A stretch of 64,000 nt of DNA. It comes from a virus. The notes under the pieces are model-generated. The model worked only from the letters and a program-made list of their open reading frames with translations. It ran no database searches and was not told where the DNA came from. Below, in pieces: positions 32,001 through 40,440 of the stretch (positions within the stretch are counted from its first letter, which is position 1; each line of letters begins with the position of its first letter). The translations under genes were made by a program, and so were the position numbers. Where the stretch lies: positions 1 to 64,000 of the IMG/VR virus record IMGVR_UViG_3300033153_013649; one strand, 5' to 3'.

Positions 32001-34531
32001 TTGGTCAATTATTAGGATACAATAATACAACAAATACTTGGGATGTTTGGATCTATCAAGGGAAAACAATTTCTGTATCTGATAATTTATCTGTTGTAGA
32101 CGGAATCGGAGAAGGAACAGTATCTTCAATTTCTGGGGTAGTTTATAATATTAGAAGAACTGGAATAGAAGACAATCTTACCAGAGTAATTATTAATGAA
32201 ACTTATGGAAATTTCAAAGGACAGTTAGCTGATTCTACAAAATTAGATTATCTTAAAAAATATCGTTTTAGAGTAAGACAACAAAACGACAAAGGATGGT
32301 CGCTTTGGTCAAATTCTATAACCCCTGATCAGGGAACTAATTTTTATGAATTAACAACTACGTTTGCTCCCCCAATTAGACCAGTTCCCTTAAGTCCTGG
32401 AATAAGCAATAGAGATGAACAAAGTCAACTCCCTGATGTTGATGAAAATAATATATCCTTACCAGAATGGTATAAAGATTTATATGGAAATACTATAAAG
32501 GTTAGAAGAATTAATCCTAATCCAATATTAATTGGATCCAAATATCAAGGTGATGGAGAATCTAAATTATTATTTGCTCATTTTCAAATAGCATCTGATA
32601 ATTTATTTGAGAATCTTGCTTGGGAAGGACAAAGGGTATATGGCAAAGATAAAAATCTTTATCAAATAGCAGTTAATACTGCTAATGGAACATTTTTTAC
32701 TTCTACTCTTGATGATCAAGAACGATTGAATTATGAAGGAATATATTATTGGAGGGTTCGCCATTATAATGAAGCTGGATGGTCTGATTGGTCAGAAAGC
32801 GCTAAATTTCAAGTTTCAAAATACAGAAAAGAAATAAAATTTACTGCCAATATAAGTAAAGAACTTACTCATTTGATAGATAGATTTGTTCATCCAAGAA
32901 TACAGAATAAAAGCGAAACTTTTACAGCTTTTATTAATACTTGGCTTAAATTTTTGGATCAATATTCTCATCAATTTATTTTCAATATTTCTGATTTCCA
33001 TAATTTAGGTAAATTTTCTAGAATGACAGAAAATTATTTTGATTGGGATGAATCTATAAAGGATGCTAATTTTAGAAATTATATGTCTGAAGAAGCTCTC
33101 GAAAAATTCAAAACTATATTCGATGGAGAAATCAATCCTGAAATTCTTAGATATTTTCGAGAACTTAATTCTAGAAAAGGTTCAGGATTTTCAATTCAAT
33201 TACTTCTTAAACTTTTAGGATTTGATGTTATAGTTGAACCTATATCTCAATTAACATATAAAATAACTTCTACTGAAGGCAAATTTAGCTCAAAAGAAAA
33301 TATTGAAAAGGTAAATCAAGTAATAGATCTTTTTCATCCTTCGGGAATGAGAAGAATAATGTTTAATGATTTACTATTACCTATTTTTAAATTGAGACAT
33401 AAATTCTATGAAGCTCATCTTACTTATTTTCATTATCAATTAAATGCTGGGTGGGATTATGTAATAATTGAAGTTGATGATATTATTTCTCCTGACTCGA
33501 ATTTTCTTGAAATAGGAGATACAGTAACAGCTCAAAACGGAGCAACAGGTACAGTAATTAATGTTGATTCTCAAAGAAGACCAATTATACAATATGCAGC
33601 TGGAAGTAAATTATTTTCTGCTTTTAAAGAAACTACCTTAACTCTTGGCGGAGCATTTACTGGAGCTTCAAGAGGAGATTATGTAGTGCAAGAAACATCT
33701 GGAGCAATCGGTCAAATTATATATGGAGAAAGTACAACAAGCCTCAAAGTAAGATATGTTGGAACAGATTTCAACGGATCAGATAATATCAGTTTGAGCA
33801 AGATTTATAATGAGAATGTTGAATATAAAACAGTTTCAGATTCTTCGATTTCTGTAAATGCTAAAATCGATCAAGGTTCTTCTTATTCTTCTGGGCATGC
33901 AGAAATAATTGCCATAAGAGGAGGGGGAACGGTTGGAGCAATCGGATTCAAGAATCAAACTGCACCTGGAGCATCAGAATATCAATTTTCTGTAGTACCA
34001 AAATTCTTCTGGAATAAGAAAACTTATGAATTATATGATCTTCATAAAGATATTAATGAAGGATGGCATGGATTTAGTACTCCTGAAGATCTTGCTCATG
34101 TTCCAATTGAAGATTTTGAAAATCTTTGGCCAGAAGATAAAAAAATGATGGTAACTCTTGTTTTAGATGATGATATTTCCGGATTATCTGAAGGAGAAAC
34201 AGTAGTTCATGCTAATATACAATCCTTAGATGATCCAAACGATTTTGATTTTGAAAAAACCGGATATGTAAATAAAATTTATACAGAAAACGGCGAGTCT
34301 TTAATAGATGTATATTATCCAAATAATAATTCTTATAATTATCATGATTGGACTGTCGCTTATGAAGATGAAGAAACATCTACTAAGATTCCTAATATTC
34401 ATGAAGGAACAACGTTTGATGCAGAAGATCCAAATATTCAGTCTATTTTAGAAGTAAGATTTCCTCATGAAAGGATAGATAAAAAGGTTTCTTTTCACAT
34501 TCAAAGACCAAGTTACAACTTACAAGAGTAA
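26045..34531 (+). CDS. giant baseplate protein: fibronectin type III repeats plus gp7-like wedge domain (2828 aa)
   Basis: Repeated YY.RVRY....WS.WS units; late domain with KGS..SIQLLLKLLG and HPSG typical of gp7-like wedge proteins; located between gp6 and gp8. Confidence 0.75.
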   Translation: MPINNLNEPPVEGIDPVFNQNSKIPVAGEEIISSYTLVTTPSENQKFTIPNSIPFSVNVLNVEKWLNRWVRYINWYILDSNDDIIYSARSEDYMILNTNISGNRNPGTGSLPNATFLIDTLLLPDGTTLTSDSTYRLHLSATTFKFSSDEFPPENESITGIPLPQERTANRSDPIEDITIVFPWNYQNIPFSINNPSPPSSVTDPPEIQSVTIQDIQTDSITVRVTCNIKGLLDYEINETGTFEGDIVNEGIDIDKRIPQTVHDVIFDNLDPNTLYYFRFQLVSEEGDEYGAWSTTYNETTLAPTVVVQSRGTISKKGVHRGTISWTTDKIASGYIEYQKASTYLQSGWTGAEIAQDTNRSISKSITLTGLLAGTYYYIRQKSKGFDGSPWSSWYTTGFWTYDTDIDIITKPDINGSSIDFSSGYSFEVQGVRELHLPSNVIKINWKIKFDSRTSEENGERPPADEIKNLDPIIIKSTIVPQEGDDPNSKDKNGEEEDIFVSPKFDDSWIETESDIEGSYFLEVEGILANGSSRSLGIRSFIPKVSLGPPPNVAFTTPTISEVLSITPTFVLSNWNTVTNLDRVRFRIELNGEYVYDYTDTDVADGSFDFDTITNKPLLKGKTYTVWAKYGNKNNDGTFNAWSQTWRGVAFKTPGVTPEKPSLLEPTISDRPDPRKEIKLKFSPYTGSDGLSYAEIRISKVPDSETPTFDDLTYYYSSDNIHYLNSDGNEIVRVPEGVDVEPREGEKLAIEEATTYYIICTYYGNNGKSITSDEFYFTTDTVFTPPPPPTDLSPSIQVEVLDENHNILITPVDFPDLSPYIGTDPEIFPLEGETYKDYVYAVEYRITPGTANNPDGVKQYLTPNSNYIFEHKDPLLISGTLIGLSSSTTYKVWVRYFRTNPNLAEEGEESAVSDWMFESFTTLAVTWNSQPINIIPINNAADLNGNSVNLQVSVPRLPFRELEKITNMEWRINTDADFQGTEIADISILGTQKGSIYSLTVDPSNWTTNFSPDTEYYWQVRSYYSGSWSNWSNVTSFRTSNTANPGKPSIIDSDSWINGSTNKAEIWVQTSDFIEPPCKPGDSHTKTIYRIRVYPGGPDLVKEEGTSGQDLIELTLGTNGELIGNKSYYVSVEHVGSLSGTMSDWVIIKTPGGAPITPRIIKPARGSIRQEFKINSLILGGTKYIGTTEDMTESDWQIASDSSFTNIIWEKLGYTEADPYKPQITVDQELDPGTVYYVRVKYRNDVAESDWSSTVRDSYFTTKGNKPDTPSITDPSENSTEKGWLPGNGDNTLQVVGSLYSGEGSLYGYHVQISTNSSFTGIVYDSMSIGINPTEPLTFGLRETDYELFPYYKTIWSNNLLETNYELDQDTWYYIRLKYYNDEECWSDWSLSSHKFKTGYGVPKQPTITSPSNGQRSVSLTPTFTSSTYNGAAASSHTASSWYLYKMPNMQLVWSSVGDSSNKTSITPGTHGTWEVGSDEESLGKLYQARSYILRVKYSNEKGYSDLSPKTAFVAIPQKPLRPNILPSDNQSFHTSIWMSEDNHNINTASFNSSPWPSGSGSDIYGDHLKSQWEIYAGGATDLTDPGEDENPISRISSDHDVNAFLKTWNVGAAGLLTYHKKYRIRVRYYNDWGWSSWSKLFEFRTLPDVPNKPSILAPTNLLTQTIESSDDIIREDWEDPLTLMSTPFDPKETGTEESEPNGEEEVYGTPPGPPRNHIKTQWQISSDEDFTKITYDVVQNTNPGNPSIGITYDQFPVKSIVVPGSSGNRRIWVEDEIDENEEKAKEELPENENILEDGDKTRGHYETIDLPAKNPYLPSNKVLRLRVRHKNIAGWSDWSDTSYFVTMIDYPETPFILRPTPNGGNKMKRENEVYKMSIYEGEIPIFSDDIIENIEDLGVLIHKEEDDLSPKEDRPFKRRKKTHIESDWEIWSLLVNPTLPEAEWNWELVWRIAKTKSIVLDSGSTYTNVLDSDLEKEVQINNEIVGQLLGYNNTTNTWDVWIYQGKTISVSDNLSVVDGIGEGTVSSISGVVYNIRRTGIEDNLTRVIINETYGNFKGQLADSTKLDYLKKYRFRVRQQNDKGWSLWSNSITPDQGTNFYELTTTFAPPIRPVPLSPGISNRDEQSQLPDVDENNISLPEWYKDLYGNTIKVRRINPNPILIGSKYQGDGESKLLFAHFQIASDNLFENLAWEGQRVYGKDKNLYQIAVNTANGTFFTSTLDDQERLNYEGIYYWRVRHYNEAGWSDWSESAKFQVSKYRKEIKFTANISKELTHLIDRFVHPRIQNKSETFTAFINTWLKFLDQYSHQFIFNISDFHNLGKFSRMTENYFDWDESIKDANFRNYMSEEALEKFKTIFDGEINPEILRYFRELNSRKGSGFSIQLLLKLLGFDVIVEPISQLTYKITSTEGKFSSKENIEKVNQVIDLFHPSGMRRIMFNDLLLPIFKLRHKFYEAHLTYFHYQLNAGWDYVIIEVDDIISPDSNFLEIGDTVTAQNGATGTVINVDSQRRPIIQYAAGSKLFSAFKETTLTLGGAFTGASRGDYVVQETSGAIGQIIYGESTTSLKVRYVGTDFNGSDNISLSKIYNENVEYKTVSDSSISVNAKIDQGSSYSSGHAEIIAIRGGGTVGAIGFKNQTAPGASEYQFSVVPKFFWNKKTYELYDLHKDINEGWHGFSTPEDLAHVPIEDFENLWPEDKKMMVTLVLDDDISGLSEGETVVHANIQSLDDPNDFDFEKTGYVNKIYTENGESLIDVYYPNNNSYNYHDWTVAYEDEETSTKIPNIHEGTTFDAEDPNIQSILEVRFPHERIDKKVSFHIQRPSYNLQE

Positions 34532-34548
34532 ATTTTATATTATAAATC

Positions 34549-34556
34549 TATAAATA
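34549..34556 (+). promoter_or_regulatory. T4-type late promoter
   Basis: TATAAATA upstream of the gp8-like gene. Confidence 0.7.
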
Positions 34557-34607
34557 TTAATACAAAAAGAGAGTTTAAAACTAAAAAAAAACATAAGGAT
34601 TTAAAAT

Positions 34608-35360
34608 ATGGCTTCAAATTCATTGAATACTGTACAGCTGAACAATGCTCTTGCTAAAAGATTTTATGAAGATTATAAGAGTGTAGATGGAGTAGGGCAA
34701 ACAACTCTTATTTATATGGGATTTTTTCAAAACGTTCAAGCTGTTACTGATCTTAATAATTGGAACACCTGGGCAAATTCAAGTAATCCAGCTGGAGTAG
34801 TACCATCTATAACAGATGCTGAATATAAAACATATTTTAACACAAATTCTGATTCATGGAGAAATAAACTTCTTTATATTGCAGGATGTACTGGAATAAA
34901 AATGGTTGAAAAAGATGCTGCTGGATCTATTATTTACGGCGGTCAAAAATGGGAAGAAATATCCTCTTTTGATGAAAATGAAAATACTGTTGGAGATGAG
35001 CCAAGATACATTTGGTTTGAATGTGATCTTAAATTTTTTGATGATCAACTTGCTGTAAATGCAAATATTGGGTCAGGGGAAGAAAGTATTATTACGGGAC
35101 TAGTTCTTTATAAATGCAAAGTTGATTCAGGAGGGGCACCTGTAGCGGCTTCTTTTACTGGATGGACGGATGTTAATTATGATTCAGGAGGTACTGATTT
35201 TAAATATAAGACCATCGATTCTGTACAAGAATCTGATGTTGCTTATGACCCAGTTGATATATCTGATGCTAATCTAGTGCCAATTTATCAAAATACTTTT
35301 TCTGCTTTAGAAAGAAGTGATATATTGAATACTCGTTTTTCTATTATAATAGAGTTCTAA
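34608..35360 (+). CDS. baseplate wedge protein, gp8-like
   Basis: C-terminal IYQNTFSALERSD...FSIIIEF resembles the gp8 C-terminus; synteny 6-7-8. Confidence 0.6.
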   Translation: MASNSLNTVQLNNALAKRFYEDYKSVDGVGQTTLIYMGFFQNVQAVTDLNNWNTWANSSNPAGVVPSITDAEYKTYFNTNSDSWRNKLLYIAGCTGIKMVEKDAAGSIIYGGQKWEEISSFDENENTVGDEPRYIWFECDLKFFDDQLAVNANIGSGEESIITGLVLYKCKVDSGGAPVAASFTGWTDVNYDSGGTDFKYKTIDSVQESDVAYDPVDISDANLVPIYQNTFSALERSDILNTRFSIIIEF

Positions 35361-35384
35361 TAGTTTAAATACAGATAAAGGAAA

Positions 35385-35489
35385 ATGTCTATAATTGCCC
35401 AACAAAGACCGAAGACATATTATTTAGGTAAAAATTATTCTTCAGAAATTCGTTCAAATAAAATTTCTGAAACAATGAAAAATAAATAG
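35385..35489 (+). pseudogene. 34-aa ORF resembling a NUMOD3 motif (probable homing endonuclease relic)
   Basis: Hand translation MSIIAQQRPKTYYLGKNYSSEIRSNKISETMKNK; AAGGA RBS. Confidence 0.35.
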
Positions 35490-35499
35490 GAAAAAATAA

Positions 35500-38196
35500 A
35501 TGGGAACTTATTCAATTCAAATAACCGATTCGTTTAGTGATTGGGTTACAGCTTATAATAATTTAACAGATCAAGTAGATACTATTAGTTCAGATCTTAG
35601 CTGGAGACCTGCTGTTAGATGTCAAGATAGTGTAAATACGTCTAAACCAACAAATAATCCTACAATAGACGGAGTTACAATTGCACTTAGTGATAGAGTA
35701 TTATTTACTAATTTATCTGGAGGGGAATCAGGGGATAATAATAAAGTTTGGTTAGCAACAAGTAGTTTATCTTCTATTGTTTGGACTTTAGAAACCGACG
35801 GACAAGCTGGAAATGGTGATCCAACTGACGGCGATACTATAGCAATAATCGAAGGAACTGTTTATGGAGATCACACTTTCAAATATACTGGTTCAGAGTG
35901 GGTAGATATTGGTACCTTACTTCCCGGAGCAACTACTTCAAGTCCTGGTGTTGTACAATTATACGATGGTACAGATTCTACTTCCGTAACTAAAGCTCCG
36001 ACTGCTAATATTTTAAAATCCGTAAACGATTCTCTTACTTCCCATACAGAAGCAAGTTCAGGGGTACACGGACTCACAGGAACAGTTGTAGGTACATCTG
36101 ATTCTCAGACATTAACAAATAAAACTTTAACTACCCCTACTATCGGAGATTTTACAAATGCGGGACATACCCACGCAGATACAGCAAATGGCGGAGAAAT
36201 AGATCATGTAAATTTGTTAAATAAAGGATCTAATACTCATTCTGATATTGATACTCATATATCAGGATCAAGTGTACATGGAGTAGCAGGAGTAGTAGTA
36301 GGAACTACTAGCTCTCAGACATTAACAAATAAAACTTTAACTACCCCTACTATCGGAGATTTTACAAATGCGGGACATGATCATTCTAATGCTGCTGGGG
36401 GAGGAACAATATCTTATAATGACTTAGATAATGTTCCAAGTACTTTTACCCCTTCTTCTCATGGAAATTCAGCACATACAAGTACATTTATTACTTCTAG
36501 TAGTGTAACTTTCGAAACTTTAGATGGAAATAATGATGTCGGTACAGGTTCAAGTCAAGTTGCACAAGGAAATCATTCGCATAGTCAATTACATAATAGA
36601 TCTCATTTAATGACTTCAACTTCAGATCATTCAGCAACTAATTGGAGGATGTTTTATTCTGATGGATCGGGAGAGATTCAAGAATTATCATTTGGAACTA
36701 ACGGTTATCGTTTAACTTCTAACGGCCCTAGTGCTGCTCCTACTTGGGAATCTGTTGCAGGTGGACATACTCAATTACATGCAATGACTTCAACTTCAGA
36801 TCATTCAGCAAATAATTGGAAATTATTTTATTCTGATGGATCCGGGGACGTCCAAGAATTATCACTTGGAGCTAATAATACCTTTTTAAAAGGGGAAGGA
36901 ACTACTACTTCTCCAAGTTTTGGAGCTATAACTGCAGCTGAATTACCTTCTCATGCACATACCTCATCTTCAACAGGAGGAGATTTTGCATGGGCTGATA
37001 TAACTGGATTCGGTACAGAACCAGGAGCAGTCAGTAGTTCTACATCTGGACAAGCAGGAACTGCTACTACAGTATCTCGTTCAGACCATAATCATGATTT
37101 AGGAACACATGCTCATACTGGAGCTACTAATGGAGGACAATTAGTTGCTACTACAGCAATAACTGCTGGTAATTGGAAAATTTTATATACAAATGATAGT
37201 GGAGCTATAAATGAACTTGCGTTAGGGGCTAATAATACCGTTTTAAAAGGTGAAGGAACTTCTGTCGCGCCAAGCTTCGGACAAATAGATTTTTCAGAAA
37301 TTTCAGGCAGTGTTCCCTCTCATTATCATTCGGGGGGTGATATTACTTCTGGAAATCTTGGATATACTTATATGCCTACCGGTACAGGGACTTGGAATTT
37401 AGGATCCGGACAAACAACTATTCAATCAACAACTTCTGCTCCTGTATTAATACATAGAAATGATACTTCTGCTGATTCTGTTGTCGGAGGATTAATTATT
37501 AGAAAATCAAGATCCAATGGGGTTCATACAGCTGGAGCCGGAGTAGCTTTAAGCTTTTCTTTAGAATCAGGATCTGAAGGTTTTTATAGATCAGCAGGAA
37601 AAATTAGTGCTGTATCTACAAATATATCAAGCACAAGTGTAACTTCTAAACTTGTATTTTCGGTTAATGATACTGCTACAGAAATAGATGTAGTTGAATT
37701 TACTAGAGTTGGAGATATTAATCTTCTAAAAAATCCTGCTACAATCCATTTTGAAGGAGAGGGAATAATTAATAATGGATCTTCAAGTAATCTAACTTTA
37801 GATCCCGGTGGAGGAAGGGTTACTCTTGCCGTTGGAGTAGACCTCTATATAAGTAATGCCGGATCTTTAATGTTTGAAGGAATAAATTATCTAAAAAAAG
37901 GATCGGGAAACGAAATCGAAGTTTATACTAATAGTGCATTAGCAGCAACAATAACAGGAACAGGAATTGATCTACCCTCTAGTGACGATCATATTAAATC
38001 ATCCGGAGGAAACTTAAAACTTATAGCGAACACCCAAACTTTAACTATTAATTCAACAGGATCTATAGGATTACCAGTACTTTCAAGTGCTCCGGGTACC
38101 CCTTCAGAAGGGGACATGTATTATGATTCAACAGACGAAACAGTTTATGTAAGAGGATCTTCTTCTTGGATTAATTTAGGGGGTGAACCAGCATAA
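35500..38196 (+). CDS. tail fibre / baseplate fibre protein
   Basis: Gly/Ser/Thr-rich; DSFSDW N-terminus, IDGVT..DRVL domain, GVVQL, many HxH motifs, C-terminal P.EGDMYYD motif. Confidence 0.8.
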   Translation: MGTYSIQITDSFSDWVTAYNNLTDQVDTISSDLSWRPAVRCQDSVNTSKPTNNPTIDGVTIALSDRVLFTNLSGGESGDNNKVWLATSSLSSIVWTLETDGQAGNGDPTDGDTIAIIEGTVYGDHTFKYTGSEWVDIGTLLPGATTSSPGVVQLYDGTDSTSVTKAPTANILKSVNDSLTSHTEASSGVHGLTGTVVGTSDSQTLTNKTLTTPTIGDFTNAGHTHADTANGGEIDHVNLLNKGSNTHSDIDTHISGSSVHGVAGVVVGTTSSQTLTNKTLTTPTIGDFTNAGHDHSNAAGGGTISYNDLDNVPSTFTPSSHGNSAHTSTFITSSSVTFETLDGNNDVGTGSSQVAQGNHSHSQLHNRSHLMTSTSDHSATNWRMFYSDGSGEIQELSFGTNGYRLTSNGPSAAPTWESVAGGHTQLHAMTSTSDHSANNWKLFYSDGSGDVQELSLGANNTFLKGEGTTTSPSFGAITAAELPSHAHTSSSTGGDFAWADITGFGTEPGAVSSSTSGQAGTATTVSRSDHNHDLGTHAHTGATNGGQLVATTAITAGNWKILYTNDSGAINELALGANNTVLKGEGTSVAPSFGQIDFSEISGSVPSHYHSGGDITSGNLGYTYMPTGTGTWNLGSGQTTIQSTTSAPVLIHRNDTSADSVVGGLIIRKSRSNGVHTAGAGVALSFSLESGSEGFYRSAGKISAVSTNISSTSVTSKLVFSVNDTATEIDVVEFTRVGDINLLKNPATIHFEGEGIINNGSSSNLTLDPGGGRVTLAVGVDLYISNAGSLMFEGINYLKKGSGNEIEVYTNSALAATITGTGIDLPSSDDHIKSSGGNLKLIANTQTLTINSTGSIGLPVLSSAPGTPSEGDMYYDSTDETVYVRGSSSWINLGGEPA
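36103..36378 (+). repeat. 66-bp exact direct repeat in the fibre gene (36103-36168 and 36313-36378)
   Basis: Both copies encode [22 protein letters not shown]; 210-bp period. Confidence 0.9.
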
Positions 38197-38255
38197 GCAT
38201 AATCTTAAAAGGTAAATTTAATAAATATATAAAAAACAATAAAGGATAATTTTAA

Positions 38256-38963
38256 ATGAATACAAGAAGATTTTATATAACGGTTGATAGACAAAATGGA
38301 TTTGAACAGTATGCAGATATTAATAATCCAAGAACTACAGCTGTAAAATTCAGAAAAGATCAAATATATTATCTAGCAAAAGAATATGTAAATAGGTTAC
38401 AGGGATATCCTCTTGAAGTTTTTGGATCCGAAAATTTTAATTTATTTAATGATAGTATAAGTATTACAGCATTACATGAATATCCCCCTCTTACACCTCC
38501 TGCGAATCAAACATGGCATATAATTTCTAATAAAGACGAAGAAGTATATAACAATACAGTAGAGATTACTTTAGATGCAAATACTCAAAACATTGAAATA
38601 GGGGACTGGGTTACAGCTGAAAACGGAGCAACTGGAAAAGTAAAAGCCGTTTCAATTTTAAATTTTACAATTGCTTATAATAGCATTGATTTTTCAGAAT
38701 CAGCTGGATCAAATAAATTAACTAAAGGAAGAGTATATGATTCAGGAACTTATGATACAATTACAGATGAAGACGGAACCCCCCCTGTTAAAACTAGATT
38801 TTCAGAATTTGCTGCTGAATTAGCATATTATGATGGAAACGATACAGATAATCCTTGGAGATATTTTCATCCGTTTAGAGGATTTAAAATTGACTGGAAT
38901 TCAAATACTTATATTTGGGGACATGATCTTTCTGATGACTTTAGATGGAGAAAAGAAGTATAA
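38256..38963 (+). CDS. virion/fibre-associated protein, DUF2793-like with inserted beta module
   Basis: PP..P...WHI...LAYYDG...WRYFHP..G pattern interrupted by an IGDWVTAENGATG module. Confidence 0.45.
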   Translation: MNTRRFYITVDRQNGFEQYADINNPRTTAVKFRKDQIYYLAKEYVNRLQGYPLEVFGSENFNLFNDSISITALHEYPPLTPPANQTWHIISNKDEEVYNNTVEITLDANTQNIEIGDWVTAENGATGKVKAVSILNFTIAYNSIDFSESAGSNKLTKGRVYDSGTYDTITDEDGTPPVKTRFSEFAAELAYYDGNDTDNPWRYFHPFRGFKIDWNSNTYIWGHDLSDDFRWRKEV

Positions 38964-38965
38964 AA

Positions 38966-40000
38966 ATGTGTAATATTACGGATAAACTTTCAGATTTAGA
39001 GCAACAATTTGATTTTGCTTCGTTGATTAATCTAATTACGATTGAATTTATAAACACTACTAACATAAGAGATATAAACGACAAAATCAATTTTGCTTTG
39101 GAATTAATAGGAAATCATACTGAAGTTGACCATACTTATATTTTTAAAGTTGAAGACGAAAACGAATATATTCAAAATTTAGATTTATATGAATGGAGAG
39201 CTCGAGGTATCGAATCTTTTACAAAAAAATTACAATATATTTCTAAAGAAGAATGGAAAACCCTCTGGGGGAAAAGAGTTATAAGAAATCCAATATCTAT
39301 AGATGACATAGACGAAGAACTTTCAAAAAGAAAAAAAAATAAAGCAATATGTTCTCTTTTTAAAAAACAAGGAATAAAATCGTTGCTTATAATTCCTTTG
39401 TTTATTAATAATAAATTTTTTGGTTTTTTTAGATTAGATTCTTATAGAAAAAAAAGAATTTGGACAAAAAAAGAAATATCTAGATTATCTGTTATTGCTA
39501 AAATATTTACTGAAGCATTAACTAAAAGGATGAAAATAAAAATAACTGAACAAAAATATAAAAAAGCGAAAGAATTCAATGATTCTATTATCAAAGCGTT
39601 TCCTGACGATATGTTTATTTTAGATAAACACAAAAAGATACTTTGGTCAAACAAAAAAACTCTTTTAGAAAATGATAAAAATAATTTTTTTGAAGGAAGA
39701 TTTGAATTAATAAGAGCAAATTATAATCTAACAACAACAGAAAATAAACAGATTTGTCCTATAACCTTTGTTTTAAAAACAAAAAAAACCTTAGAACTTG
39801 AAATAAAAGCAAAAGATAAACATTTCTGGTATGCTATAACCCCTTGTAATATGAACGAAGAGGTTAAAACCGTATTAGTTATAAGGAGAGACTTTACTAA
39901 TAGAAAAGAATTTTTGGAATTAGAAAAAATGATTTCTCTAATAGAAGAAATAACTAGCACACGAAACAAACTCAATATAACTTTAAGAGAGATAAATTAA
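38966..40000 (+). CDS. GAF-PAS sensory protein with no output domain
   Basis: GAF: INFALELIG..VDHTYIF..YEW.A.GI..QGIKSLLIIPL..GFFRLD..W...EI..L; PAS/PAC: SIIKAFPDDMFILD..ILWSN..RDFTNRK; start at 38945 or 38966. Confidence 0.85.
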   Translation: MCNITDKLSDLEQQFDFASLINLITIEFINTTNIRDINDKINFALELIGNHTEVDHTYIFKVEDENEYIQNLDLYEWRARGIESFTKKLQYISKEEWKTLWGKRVIRNPISIDDIDEELSKRKKNKAICSLFKKQGIKSLLIIPLFINNKFFGFFRLDSYRKKRIWTKKEISRLSVIAKIFTEALTKRMKIKITEQKYKKAKEFNDSIIKAFPDDMFILDKHKKILWSNKKTLLENDKNNFFEGRFELIRANYNLTTTENKQICPITFVLKTKKTLELEIKAKDKHFWYAITPCNMNEEVKTVLVIRRDFTNRKEFLELEKMISLIEEITSTRNKLNITLREIN

Positions 40001-40440
40001 TGAAAAACATTACTACTATTCCAGAAGAAGCCCCTCAAAAATATAAAGAACTTATTGAATCTCTTCTTAAAAGTTATAGTGATAACACCGGGGTACTTCA
40101 ATTCATTTTAGAAATGAATAATACTATTAAAGAAATTCTTATCGGAAAACAAGAAAATCTTGATAAGGGAGAACCTGTTGGAGGAATGAAAGCAGATATT
40201 TTAACAATTAAAAAAGCTGTTAAACTTTCCCCTGCAGCAGAAGAAGATAGAATATATACGTATGAAGATCTAGTAAAAGAAGTAAACAAAAATTTAAAAG
40301 ATTTAATTACAGAAAAAATTTCTGAAATTCTCAAAGAATTAAAAAGAAAAACCCCCTGGAAGGACAAAATGACTTTATTAAAAGATATAATAATATCTAT
40401 AGGAATTATTATATCTATAATATTTAATTGGATTAAATAA
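40000..40440 (+). CDS. helical protein with a C-terminal transmembrane segment (holin candidate)
   Basis: Ends DIIISIGIIISIIFNWIK; TAATG-coupled on both sides. Confidence 0.45.
   Translation: MKNITTIPEEAPQKYKELIESLLKSYSDNTGVLQFILEMNNTIKEILIGKQENLDKGEPVGGMKADILTIKKAVKLSPAAEEDRIYTYEDLVKEVNKNLKDLITEKISEILKELKRKTPWKDKMTLLKDIIISIGIIISIIFNWIK

Noticed and set aside
36103-36378. Fibre repeats as a diversity-generating retroelement TR/VR pair
   Set aside because: Copies are identical and both in frame, with no adenine-specific mismatches and no reverse transcriptase in the window
38945-40000. GAF-PAS gene as host contamination or a chimeric join
   Set aside because: AT-rich like its neighbours and tightly packed or overlapping with phage genes on both sides; read-level confirmation would still be useful
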